Positions 11,160 through 23,493 of a stretch of DNA of 64,000 nucleotides are shown here, one piece after another. A program made the position numbers and the translations under genes. The stretch covers positions 4,154,001 through 4,218,000 of the forward strand of contig CM030332.1 of NCBI GenBank assembly GCA_017654855.1. Direction: 5' to 3'. Numbering within the stretch: position 1 is the stretch's first letter; each line of letters begins with the position of its first letter. The notes below the pieces were generated by a model that saw nothing but the letters and a program-made list of their open reading frames with translations, was not told the DNA's origin and made no database searches. The DNA comes from Podospora anserina (Eukaryota).

Positions 11160-12869
11160 ATGAGCTGCTCTTCATTGGGCGTGAATGCCTTCCGGCCCAG
11201 TGTCCAGGTAGCCACTCACCATCTTTCCAGACTCTCCCGTCCAGTGTCCACGCCGATCGTCTTTCCGGTCCGGTTTCTCTCGTCGACCCCTCCGCCATGT
11301 CATAGCCGACAGTTCCAGCATAGACGACGATCCGGTCGGAACATCACCAGTCACACCCTCCTCCGAAAGCCATTGCCCTGGCCGACAGCCGCGCAACGAT
11401 TCGGGGTTCGAACGGTCTTTGGGGGGAGGATAGTATACAAGCACTACATCGAGCTGCCGCCCAATTATACCGATGAGGATGGGTTGGATTTTACAAGCAA
11501 GGATCTCAGGCCTGAAGAAGTCCACGCGATCTTTGGGGCCGATATCGATGCGTACAATGCAAACAAACTGCTAAAGATTATTCACGGCCGCCGCGTCGCT
11601 GGCACTCTCGAAGACCCTACGGTTGCGGGCCGCTCCTACGGCTATACTATGGAGCAACGGCAAAAGGCTCTTGCCTATCTTCGGGATCACTACCCAGTTG
11701 ATGAGATTGCCAATGCCGGTCTGCGCGCTGAAGACGAGCTGGCGGCTCTGGAGGCGTTGGAGGAAGACGCCACGCCCGAAACCACGGAGGAACTGGATGC
11801 CAAGAAGGTGCCGCGAGAATCGACCGGGAAGACCAATAAGCTGTACAAGGGCGCGATACAAAAGAACAAGAGTGTCTATGGCGACAGTGTGGTGGAACAG
11901 CTCCGCATCGAGAACGAGGCGAAGTGGGCGGCCGAGAAGAAGCGTCTGGAGGAGGAAGAAGCAAAGAAGGCAGAGGAGGAAAGGAACGGAGTTGCTGGTC
12001 CCCTCACGCCGCTCACCCATCCGGAAAAGTTTGGGAAACTCAGCCCTACGGTACAGAAATGGATCACGTCTGCTACGTCTGACTTGAAGGAACCACCGAA
12101 GCTGTCAGCTTGGCAGCGTCTTTGGCCTTCGGCAACGTTTGTGCTTGTGTTGCTTGGTGGCCTTGGGGTTTATGTTTATATTTACAAGCCGGCGAAGCGC
12201 AACGAGCGCTGGTTTCCTGAGATTCCCCCAGCAGCTGCGACGGTTGGTGCGCTCATTCTTTTGAACACGTTGGTACATGCGGCCTGGAAATTTCCCGCGC
12301 TGTGGGCGCCGTTCAACAAGTACTTGTTGATCACGCCGGCGGTTCCCAAACCGTTTGCTCTCCTTGGCGCCATGTTTTCTCACCAGGCGTTTGGTCACTT
12401 GGCGGTCAACATGGGCTTTCTATGGGTTGTTGGCACCTTGCTCCACGATGACATTGGACGGGCCAAGTTCCTTGGGCTTTACCTTGGGAGCGGTCTCGTG
12501 GCGGCGATGACTTCGATGACGGAGTTTGTGCTCCGCCAGAGGTGGAATATCAGCACGTTGGGAGCGTCGGGTGCGGTTTATGGTGCTATTGGAGCGTACT
12601 GCTGGATGCACCGGCTTGACGGCCACCGGATTTTTGGGTTCCCTCCCCCGCCGAGTGAAGGGTTGAAGGGGATTGTCTTTTTGGCCTTCGTTGTCGCGAC
12701 GAACATCTCATTCTTGTTCTCGAAAGCTGCGCGGAGCAGGATAGATGTTACGTCTCATTTTGCGGGGCTGGCGGCTGGCGTAGCTGCGGGAGAATGGATC
12801 TTGCGCAGGAAGGAGGCAGAGAAGAAGGCGAGGATGGAGCCGATGGCGGTTAGGGTGAGTAAGGTGTAA
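11160..12869 (+). CDS. PCP1: Mitochondrial rhomboid intramembrane serine protease (Pcp1/PARL family)
   Basis: Arg/Ser-rich, acid-free N-terminal presequence. Motifs FSHQ..HL..NM, catalytic GASGA and H in SHFAGL; several transmembrane segments. Confidence 0.92.
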   Translation: MSCSSLGVNAFRPSVQVATHHLSRLSRPVSTPIVFPVRFLSSTPPPCHSRQFQHRRRSGRNITSHTLLRKPLPWPTAAQRFGVRTVFGGRIVYKHYIELPPNYTDEDGLDFTSKDLRPEEVHAIFGADIDAYNANKLLKIIHGRRVAGTLEDPTVAGRSYGYTMEQRQKALAYLRDHYPVDEIANAGLRAEDELAALEALEEDATPETTEELDAKKVPRESTGKTNKLYKGAIQKNKSVYGDSVVEQLRIENEAKWAAEKKRLEEEEAKKAEEERNGVAGPLTPLTHPEKFGKLSPTVQKWITSATSDLKEPPKLSAWQRLWPSATFVLVLLGGLGVYVYIYKPAKRNERWFPEIPPAAATVGALILLNTLVHAAWKFPALWAPFNKYLLITPAVPKPFALLGAMFSHQAFGHLAVNMGFLWVVGTLLHDDIGRAKFLGLYLGSGLVAAMTSMTEFVLRQRWNISTLGASGAVYGAIGAYCWMHRLDGHRIFGFPPPPSEGLKGIVFLAFVVATNISFLFSKAARSRIDVTSHFAGLAAGVAAGEWILRRKEAEKKARMEPMAVRVSKV

Positions 12870-14293
12870 GTGGGTGTAAAGACTAGGTAGGAGTGGGAGT
12901 GTGTGTTGGTTCACAGGATATAAACTAGGGCTCATCTTGTATCACCAATGGGGAATTTTTTTGTTGTATGGACACCTACAGAGAGAGAGACATGATTGAG
13001 GCCGCCTGTGGAACGCAAACCAACCTATCTGCAGACACGTTTTTATTCTCGCGATTTTGCTTACCGAGACTGGAAACAGAAGGTCTCGTGTGTGCGTGTG
13101 TTGGGGCCGAATAACAATGAAGAAAAAGGGGGTGCTCAGGAGATGGGGTTTGTTTACAGATTTCCCATTCTGGACAATTTATCTTCAGCTCCCTCCCTGT
13201 GCCGACTAGCCGGAATTGTAAAGGGGTGATTGGTCAATTAGCAATCGGTATTGCGGAAAGAGAGACCCCACATGAAGGAGAGCACAGGCGGCGCCGACGC
13301 AAGAATGCGACGCCAAGAGAGCGAGGTTCGCGATGATGGCATTTTTTTTGGTTTTTTTTGGGGGTTTTTTTGGCAGGCCTCCAACATTTATTGCTTTGGT
13401 GAGAGATAACGGAAATTGGCGTGGAATGGGCCAATTACCCAACTACCCTACTGCACGAGGGGGGTTTCTGAGAGAAAGGAAGGGTTCTCCAATGTTCAGC
13501 TGCTACGGGGAGAGTGGTGATTACCTACCTAGCCCCGCCAGCCACCAACATGCTTGTCAGCCAGCCTTGGTTTGGAGGAGACGAACACTGTCCCACACCC
13601 CCTCCCTTTGGCTTCTTTCCCGCCCGTTTTGCCATCGCGGCACACAAAGCCGTGCCCCTTGAAATCTTGTGTTCCCTTATGATACTGACAGAGGGAAGAC
13701 AGGGAGAATGACGTCTCCCCCGCCCGCGATCACAGGATAGCTTGGCATTTTCACCTTGGCCTGTTTTCCTTGCTTCGAAGGGGTACTCGAGATCAAGCTT
13801 GATGGAATCGGGATCTAAGATATATCTGGGTGTAGGGGGGCGCCAAGTTAAGAAGGGACAAGGATAGGACATGCAGCCCGGGTTTCCCCCATCGTTGTGC
13901 TGTTTTCGCGCCGCACTTTCAAGGTATGGATATAAGGTGAGGTTGGGGAGGGAGGGGAGGGAGGGGAGGGGTGAGGTCGGGATCGAAAATAAATACATAC
14001 CTGGTAGTCTTACACACACACACTCACACATCCCATTTGCGCCAGCCTCTTTTTTTTTTTTTTCCTCTCTTTCTTTCTTTCTTTCTTTGTTGACTTGTTG
14101 CTGTTTGGTTTCGAGCATCTTTTTGCCAAACGTGCAATTCGACAAAGAGAGATAGATCTGTTGCTGATCTACTACATTGAACTGATCTACCTTATACACC
14201 TCCCTCTCTGCGATTTTTTGTAAACAAAGTCGCACTTACCGACCTCAGGCGCAAAAAGTGTCGCGACGGCACATTGAGAACACCCCGGTCGAG

Positions 14294-16890
14294 ATGACTT
14301 CCCCGAGCAGCCCCCCTCACGGCGACGACGAGATTGGCGACGACGCGCGCAACCCTTATGCTTCCCAGTCCCGCTGGCGCCATGCCGAGTCCTCTGCCTA
14401 TGCCAAGTATGAACAAGAGCGCGCTGGCGGCGCTGCTCACCATCACCATCACCACCACCATAACGGCCCTGTAGCGCGCGAGGCGGATGCGCAAGGTGGC
14501 GTGGGAGATCTGGCCAACTTTCTGAACAAATCGAGGGTTGAACCGGAGAATCCCAACGGGAATGAGCGCCCTACGAGCATGCGCTTCAAGCCCGTCATGG
14601 CTGGCGCGGAAGAGGCCCGCGCCGCGACGGGCCACGCGGAGGATGCGCCGGCTGCTGAGTCGGCGATTAAGGCTTCGTCGGGGCCGCCGGCGGATGGGAA
14701 GGAGGTGGCGGTTGGACCGCTGATTAACTACCGGAGGATGGAGGGGAATACTTGGATTGGGAGCGTGTTGGTTGTTGTTGTTGGTGGGGGGAGGGAGCAG
14801 CCTTTTACGCCGTCGCTCAACCTTCGCAGGGCTGGGGGGGAGGGAGGTCAGGGGATGGATGTTGAGGGTGTGTGTCTGTATTCGGACCCGAGGAATACCT
14901 TTTGGAGGTTTGACCTTGCGGTGGAGATGGGGGGGAGGGAGACCAAGTGGGAGTATGAGCTGCCTGGGTTGAGGTACAAGAGCCAGTCGAAGCCGAGGGT
15001 GAATGCGTTCTTCGTGCCGGCCATCACGGAGAGCATGAGGATCATGTTTCACAGCTGCAATGGGTTCAGTGTGGGCACGGATGAGGAGGCGTACAGCGGG
15101 GCGTGCTTGTGGAATGATGTTATGAGGAAGCATCAGGAGAGGCCGTTTCATGTCATGATTGGAGGTGGTGATCAGATTTACAACGATGGGATTCGGGTGC
15201 AGGGGCCGCTTAGGAAGTGGACTGCGATTGGGAATCCGAAGAAGAGGAGGGATTATCCTTTTCCGGAATCGTTGAGGGAGGAGTGTGATGACTACTATTT
15301 GAAGAACTATATCTGCTGGTAAGTTGAGAACAGGGGATCGTTCTTGTCGTGGCCGGGAACTAACTGTTGCTACTCAGGTACGGCACTGAGCCCTTTGCTG
15401 CTGCCAATGGCCAAATTCCCCAGATCAATATCTGGGATGACCACGACATTATCGACGGATTTGGCTCTTATGTCAACGACTTCATGAAGTGCGATGTTTT
15501 CAGAGGCATCGGTGGTGTCGCTCACAAGTACTACATGCTTTTCCAGCACCATCTCCCTCCGCCGCCGTCTACATACACCTCCGACGCGGTCCATGCGGCT
15601 GGTGGTGAGGAAGGACAGGGCGTGGATCCAAACCAGTTCATGACTGCCCATGTCCACCCCCAGATCACCGAGTCTGGCTATATCAACGGCCTGAAGCCAG
15701 GTCCATATGTTGCTGAGCACTCGCACAATGTGTACGCGAGGCTGGGTGCTAGGATAGCCTTCATTGGCCTTGACGCTCGCACCGAACGTACGAGGCACCA
15801 GATCAACTATCCCGAGACGTATGATGCCATTTTTGCTCGTCTCAAGGAGGAGTTCACTGCTGCCGCGAACTCGGACCAGCCTCTGAAGCACCTGATTCTC
15901 CTGCTGGGTGTGCCCATTGCCTATCCTCGCCTCACCTGGCTCGAAAACATCTTCTCCTCCCCAGTCATCGCCCCCATCAAGCTCCTCAACCGCCGCGTCG
16001 GTCTCGGCGGCAGCTTCTTCAACAGCTTCGACGGCAGCGTCGATCTGCTCGACGACCTCGACGACCACTACACCGCCCGCACCCACAAGAAAGAGCGCAA
16101 CCGGCTCATTGAGCGCTTCCAGGCTTTGGCGGCCGAGTTCTCCATCCGCGTCACCATCCTCAGCGGTGACGTCCATCTCGCCGCCCTGGGACGCTTCTAC
16201 TCCAACCCCAAGCTCAACATCGCGCCTGAAAACGACTACCGCTACATCGCCAACGTGGTCTCCTCGGCCATTGTCAACAAGCCCCCTCCTGCCGCGGTAG
16301 CCAACCTGTTGGCCCGTCGCAACAAGATCCACCACCTCAACCACGAGACGGACGAGACATTGCTGAAGCTCTTTGACAAAGACCCAGGCGACAGCAACAA
16401 AACCTCCAAGTCCAACAACGTCACCATGCCGAGCCGAAACTTTGCCATCATCACGGAGAATTCGCCTAATAACGGCCAGCGGAACAGTGGCGGTCCGCTC
16501 AACTCTCACCAGGTTGATCAGAATCATTTGTTCCCGCCTGCTAATGGTGGTGGTGGTGCTCAGGGGTCTCAGGTCAGCCTCCCGCACTCTGCCCAGACCA
16601 ATCCGGCGGCTCCCCGACCAAAGGACACGCGCCTTCCTATCGGGGCTGGTGAGGTCAACTGTGGCAGTAAGCACAAGGCCGCTATTCCGGGTGAACACGG
16701 CACGGGTTCTGACGGCGGGTTGGATGTGGTTATCCAGGTGGAGATTGACCAGCATGATGGGGAGGGAAGAACGGAGGGGTATGGGTTGACGATTCCGGCG
16801 TTGGATTATAGGGGGAAGAAGCCGGCTAGTGTGGTGGGGAGTGTTGGGCGGGGGAGCAGGAGGAGTGTGAGGAGCGGGAGGTCGCATTAA
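14294..16890 (+). CDS. PhoD-like metallophosphatase domain protein; exons 14294-15318 and 15378-16890
   Basis: Motifs FHSCNGFS, GGGDQIYND, WDDHDIIDGFGSY, DARTER, SGDVH. Intron 15319-15377 (GTAAGT..ACTAAC..CAG) joins the two ORFs in frame. His8 run near the N-terminus; no signal peptide. Confidence 0.9.
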
Positions 16891-19800
16891 GTCGAGGCGG
16901 AGGGGGGACGGATTTGATACCATGTTTTGAAGTTTTGTATGAGGGAAGGATGGGAAAGGATGTTGATGGATAATGGTTGGATGTGTCGAGATTTTGTATG
17001 ATGATGAAAGGGTTGGCATACTTGCCGGCTGCTTGGATGAATGTCTTTTAGATAATGGGGGGCCTTACTTCTCTGGCTTTTCATTACTATACCTCTTGTT
17101 GCGCTTGCTTGTTTGCTATGGCTGCTAGGATACCATTAAACAAAATTCGAGTCTTGAGCTGTTGCCTGCTTTTACTCCTTTTCACGTTACCATATCAACA
17201 TGTTACCACACTGACACACATTACCACATTACCCCTTTTTACCACTGCCTCTTTTCACATTACATCTTACATCCCAGACTTAACTGTCTTCAATGCAATG
17301 CCGGAAACCACCAATGCACATACCTCTTTTGCTTGATGGTCTGAATTCGCAGTGGTTAACGGGAGGGAGTTCTGTTTATTTCTGTCATCAACAGCTCCCT
17401 CCTCAAGGGCAAGGGGTTTGTGGAGGGAGACTTCGATGTCTCTCGCTCCTTCCCTTAGAAACTGGCTTTTGCTATGCTCCTTCCTCTCAGACCTCCGGCA
17501 GCTTCAATGCTCCTTCCTAGACCCTGCGATAGTCACATCGCTCCTGCCTATTGAGTCTGGCCCTGAGTATGCTCCTGCCGATGGAAGTTGACAGCAATTC
17601 GTCCCTTTCTTCTCTAGGGGTTGAGGGTTAACCAGTGGATTTTCTACATTTTCCTTATAACCTTCGCTACGATATGGAAGCTGTAAGCACGCAGTCTTGT
17701 TATAGATGGCTTCGGATACTCTTTCCTTGATGACATCACCCGTGGACCTGGTCAGGATCCAGAAACGAAGATATCGCCAACATTGATCCCATAATGATCT
17801 GAAATCTCACAGTAGGCCGCCCAAAACGGCCGACCACCCAGGCTGCCTGGACTCCCGCCTAGGTACAGACATGGGATGATCGGTGACAACGATTCAACCG
17901 CCGCACGGCCACAATTTTTCATCCCGTCTCGTCATGTTACCGATCCCATCACAATTATTGCGGGGCGCTGTTCTTTGCCAAGTCATCATCACCGCGGCTA
18001 CACCACCTAGTTTTCCTGTCATCCAGTCATCAAAACCTGGGCTGTTCAAATCTCAAGAAGAGTGCCTGTCGCCATCGTCACCAACATCTCCTTTCAGGAA
18101 GCCCCAAGAAACATATCAGCCTGGGCCACTCGCCAAAGGGTTGCTGCCTTTCGCGTATGCTCTGACGAGTGAAACTATCACTCGCCTAGATAGACATATT
18201 TGGTTTTTCCGCTTCTAGAGAAAGAGCCTTGAGCTCGTGTTGTGTTTAGCGAACAGAGGAATTGAAGCACAGGAACAGAACAGGAAAACTGCCGGTGGAT
18301 CAACCTGGGATTGAGTCTCAGCTCACCTTCGTTTGGACTGCTATTGAGGAAGATGATGGTATCAGGCCTTGATGCTCATCTCACTGTATCCAGGCCCTAT
18401 CTCTACCCACATCCGTGGCACCTGTGCTGCATTGTTTGCTCACCTCTTCACACCATAGGTAGGAATCATCATCTCAAAGACTTTCAACATCAGTTTATGT
18501 AACCTGTGACAAGAACTTCGCATTTCAACTTTGACGCAAAGTCAACATGATGAAATAGGTAACAACAGAACCCAACACCCCTGAGCCGTGTGGCCGCCTA
18601 CGGACCACTATCACCTCCATCACGAGCAGCCCATATGTAACAGCGTGGCGCATAGATTCAGTTTATACACACCCCAGAACTTCAGTTATGCTCTTCCCCT
18701 CTCTGCCCGATCGACACAGCCATTGTCCGTGAGCAAATGTCGACAAAAGAACAGCCCACACAGCACGCCAACGCCGCCAACCCACATGGGTAGGCTACAT
18801 CTGCCGAATCTCTCCAAACGTACGCGGGAAACAAAAAAACTCCATCATCAGCGAGACGCCGCCTGAGCCAGTCAACTGCATTTGCATTACCATATTTGGT
18901 GAAAAGGTTTCTCTTACCGCTTGTCCTACTACTTCTCAGTGAGGCTCTCGGTATGCCTGCTGTGAGGCTCTGATTAGAAAACGAACTCTGCAGGTAGACA
19001 AGAAAAATCTCAAAACGCAAGCCAAGGATGTCTGTCAAGGATAAGTATGGTAAAATACTAGAGTAGCATTTCTGAATTCCTATCACCCTTTGTCATATAT
19101 GAAAACCCAAAGAGTGAATACCGTCTGCATGCGCAAGGCGTGGAACATCCGAACCGGCCGTACACATACCGCAGTGTAAGGCGAGCAGGCAAAACTACCA
19201 ACAAACGTGCCTTTTGCTCGGCCGCTTCTGATACGGGTGAAAATGTGAGAAGTGTTGCTGCTATAGTTGGTGGAGGCTCAAGCATCCAAGTCGGGCACTC
19301 GGGTACCTTACTTACACACACACCTCTTCCCATTTGGGCTTATGGCTTGCAGGATCTGGGATTGGAGGAGCTCCTGTATAAGCCTGCAAGGCGCTCACTC
19401 ATCGTCCCTATATCGAACCAAGAACGCCATCAATCCCCTCTCCTGTGCAAGAGCTACAGCGAGGAGTCCAGAAGCCCGCCCTGCGAACCTAAAAACCCAA
19501 TCGGTCATCTCGGCATCTCAAAAAACATCACTCTCCCGTCTCTTGCCTTGGGAACTTCAGCTGTGCCACTTGGTTGCCCCGCTAGGTTGTTCAGTCTCAA
19601 TATCACCCCTTTGGCCCTCCGTCTTGGCCCTGCATCTCTGCGCCGCAGACCCATCATGGGGAAGGGGAGACACACACACACACAACCCACAAATCGAGCC
19701 GGTGGTGTGGCCCTCCCTTTCACCGACCCTGACCAACCAGCTGCTCAACATGACATCTCGCTCAGCCCATCCCATTTTAACCGGCTAGGCTGGGTATATG

Positions 19801-22800
19801 CAAGGTCCCCAAATCAGGGCTCAATATTCGGATCTTTTTCCATTGTTTGTTAGGTAGGTAGTTATGCCATCCATTGATGCCCAACATCAAGGGGTCCCCT
19901 CTCACAGCAGCTTGAAACAGGTTCGAAGAGAGTCATGTGATCCATCCCGTGAGGGTTTGAGGCTGTGAGTGGACGGCTGAGGAGGATGAGGATGACTACC
20001 TAAGGGATGGTTGGGTGGAATGTGAGAAGTGATAAGTAATATACCACACACTCTGTTGTCATCAGGGGCATGCATGTCAGCAAACGCCTAGCTTGATCCC
20101 TCATGGTACGACGGTGCGGTAGAAGACGTCAAACATCCTGACGAGAAAAGATCCTTGGTTCGTCAGTGTGGTTTTGTGAATGCCCTCTGACTACAAGAGG
20201 GACGAGGACTGTGCTGAGTCCGACAACCGAAACAGCCGCGCTGACATGGTTGCCAGACAAGCCAAGGTGAGGAGAAGTCGTCATCATCACTGCCCCAGAC
20301 GTCACTTGTATGAGATTTATGTGAGATATCTGCTCCGCCTGTCTTACTCGGCACTTGGTATCGTGGAACGTGGTCAACTGTGGGCAGTCTGGGGATTTCA
20401 GACAAGGCTCTGGTCTCAAATAGATTCAAGCCTGAGGGAGCCGGTCAGCAAGGCCAATGATGGCCCGGGATCAGCCCTCGCGGCTCTCAGTGGTAGCGAG
20501 AGGCCAGTATCGCCAAAAGAGTGCGAGTCTAAAAAACGGTCTGGTCAAATCAGAATGACGAATTCATTTTTTGACACTTGCCGTCAACAACAAAAACCCC
20601 GCCTGGTGAACCAGTCATGGAACAATCCTCGCGGGAGCGCCTGGCCCTGGTTCACATTCTTTATGCCTTCCAAAACCCTAGGAACGGGGCATCTTGCATC
20701 GGAGAGACGTGATTGGCTTGGGGGCCAGACTGATCAGGCCTTACAACCACCGCCACGTCAACGAAGAACTCCTGCCACTGTAACCCCCGGCACCGTCCTA
20801 TCATTCGGGACTTTGCTTCTGGCCCAACGGGGGAACGGGGACTGAGGGTGCGTGGTTCAACGGGCCGGGCCCGTGTTATGCGGAGAGCCAAGTCCAAATC
20901 AGGGGCAGGATTCGACGCGCCGGTGACAATGGGCCATTAATACCGCACCTGTTGTGAGTGGGCACCAACGAGCTGCATTTTCTCGGAATCTAGTTTCAGC
21001 CCTGTTGTTTGTTGATCAACTTCCAAACCTCGACACCATCCACAAGCAGGCGGTTTCATCATGTTCGTTTGGCAAGCCGTCTGCTGTGTCCGACTTTTAT
21101 GCTTGCTTTTCTCGCAAGCGGAGAGGCCATGCTCACATGCAAGGGAGGAATTCTAGAGTAGAGCCCAAAGTGGAAAAAGCGGTCAGGCTTATCTTTTCTG
21201 CTCTGCCATGCCACGCTGCGCTTGGTTGTCGATCCACGGGAGATGGTGCAATTGCGTCCGTGAGTGAGAGCGAGCACGGACGGGGATGAAGGCGGAATCA
21301 AGAATGGTCGGCGGCTGCTCGCGTGTGAGGTGCTGGTCTGATTGGTGTTGTAGGCGACTTGCTGCAAAGAGAAGCTGCAGCGCACCAATATCTCTCGTTC
21401 CTGCCAGATTGATCAGATTGCTGGATGGTCAGGCTACTGCAGCGGAGGGGGGGCTCTCCGGCCTAAGAATACTCGAAAAAGCCATCCGAAAAGGACTGAC
21501 TCCTGCATGGCGATTTCAGAGTCTGTGGTTGGTCACCGTTGTTGGTGTCATGCAGGAACCATCGCAGCGAACATGATGTGGGTGATGTTCCATTGTGTCT
21601 CTTGCCCATTCCCCGCACCCTCACTCACTCGCTCACCGGAGTTGTCATATGGATATATCTAAACGATAATGGATGGTTGAGATGAGACAGGTGCTCAGGA
21701 ATGGATTGTGGTAAGCGTCTGGTACCTGGCATCGATCAACAGGGGTATGACCGGGGATGTTAAACGTGGTGTGGACCGTGCCCCGGCCCCGCCCCCACTG
21801 AGGATCGACTGAGCGAGAATTCTTTCCAGCTTTTGTCGTCTGAACGGGCAGCTTGTGTATCACAGTTTGAAGCACCGAAGAAAACATCAATGGATGAGAC
21901 AATATGAGACTTGTTGAATACGAACCTCTACTGTACCTAGTCTTCTCGGGAAGAGTGTGTGGGACCTGACCACCCGCCCACCACCCACTGTCGATGGTGG
22001 GGTTGCAGCGATGAGGCCAGGTGATGCCGAAGCAAATTGCATTCACAATTTCACATCCTCCATCATTGATAACGAGGAAGAACAGCAGAAAAATTCCATC
22101 AAGGTCTTCCTCTCCGGGTTGCCATCCTGTTTGGGCAAGAGGATCTCATCCCCCGCTCCAAACCTCGACAGGTACAGGGTTCGACTCCTAATCAAAGTTT
22201 CAGGAACACCTGGGGCCCCATCGGCCAGTGGATGGATGGCTGTCAACGGTTTCTGCCAACATCAACCACGTCACCTCACCTTGACCCTCAGCCGCAACTT
22301 GCAACAAAAAAGATGGAAACGCTCACCGCTCACCCGTCGTGCCCGTACCAATATCCCGACTCCGACGGCCCGTCTTGGACTGAGAATTCTAGCACACAAT
22401 CAATCGTGGCATCTGTCATGGTCCTGCTGTACCACACCGGCTTCTCCATCACACCGTCGGCTGCCAGCTCAGGAACGACAGGAACCACAACATGAAGGAC
22501 CCGACTCAGTGACGGGCTTGAAAACTGCAAGCACTTTAACTCCATTCCGGTCGTTTTTTCCCTTCATGTCGCTGCGGGGCAGAGACCCCCTCCTCCAACA
22601 AGAGAAGCCAGGGGGGGGAGTGGGCTGTCAAGAGTCAACACCCATGTGCAAGCCATGCCCAGCTTGGAAGGACCAACGTACCGCAACACAATTGTCGAGA
22701 TTCACAAGCCAACGAAAGCCAACCATTCTCGAGCTTCAGGTTCTTTCTGCACTCTCAGACGACCACCTCAAACCTCGACTGGCATGTTGGTACCGCAGAC

Positions 22801-23493
22801 AGCCAAATCTCCGACTGGAGTCTTTCTTTTTCTGTTTCTGTTTCTGCCAGGTACAAAGCAGACGGTACCTAAGGTAGCTCTTAAGCAAGTGCATGGAGCT
22901 AAGGCAGTCCTGTCCAGTGCCAACCCCCAGCCGACCAAAGCCCAGTCGAATGCAAGTCTTTTCTGCGTCTGCTGCACATCCTTTCCAGTTCTCTCGCTAG
23001 ATTTCAAGTCTCCACAAACCCAACCTCTGGGCTGCATTTTGTCCACCACCTCTGTCCACCGCACCCCGCCCGGCCTGTTTTTGTGCGAGGTGGGGACCGG
23101 GGGGAGGACCACTGCGGTTGTGTCGGCTGTGAAGGTGGGCTCGAGCACACGGCTCCGAATATATCTGCCGGCCCCCCCCAAAGTCAACCGTCGTTGGCTC
23201 TCCTCCAAGCTGGCTCGGCTGGCCACACCTACCTTACCGTGGTGACCCCCATCTTCCCCATCCATCTCGAGAAGCCGTCGAGGTTTGGAATTGGGCTTTG
23301 ATTCTTCTTGTCTTTCGTTCCCCTTTTCACCCCAGAGCCTTCCAGGCCCTCGTGCCGTCGAACTGATGCTCTCTCACCACATGGAGTCGTTTTGTCTCCA
23401 ATGGTCTTAACTTTGCTCTTTCAAGTTTGTCCTCCCAATGCTACATGTCATGCTCTGCACTTCCCCTCCTTTGCAACGCTTGAGAGGCCGCTC

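Noticed and set aside
12858..12869. C-terminal SKV of the rhomboid as a peroxisomal PTS1
   Set aside because: Weak variant on a polytopic membrane protein that has a mitochondrial presequence.
15370..17019. 549-aa minus-strand ORF
   Set aside because: Antisense shadow of the codon-biased PhoD exon; no recognisable motifs.
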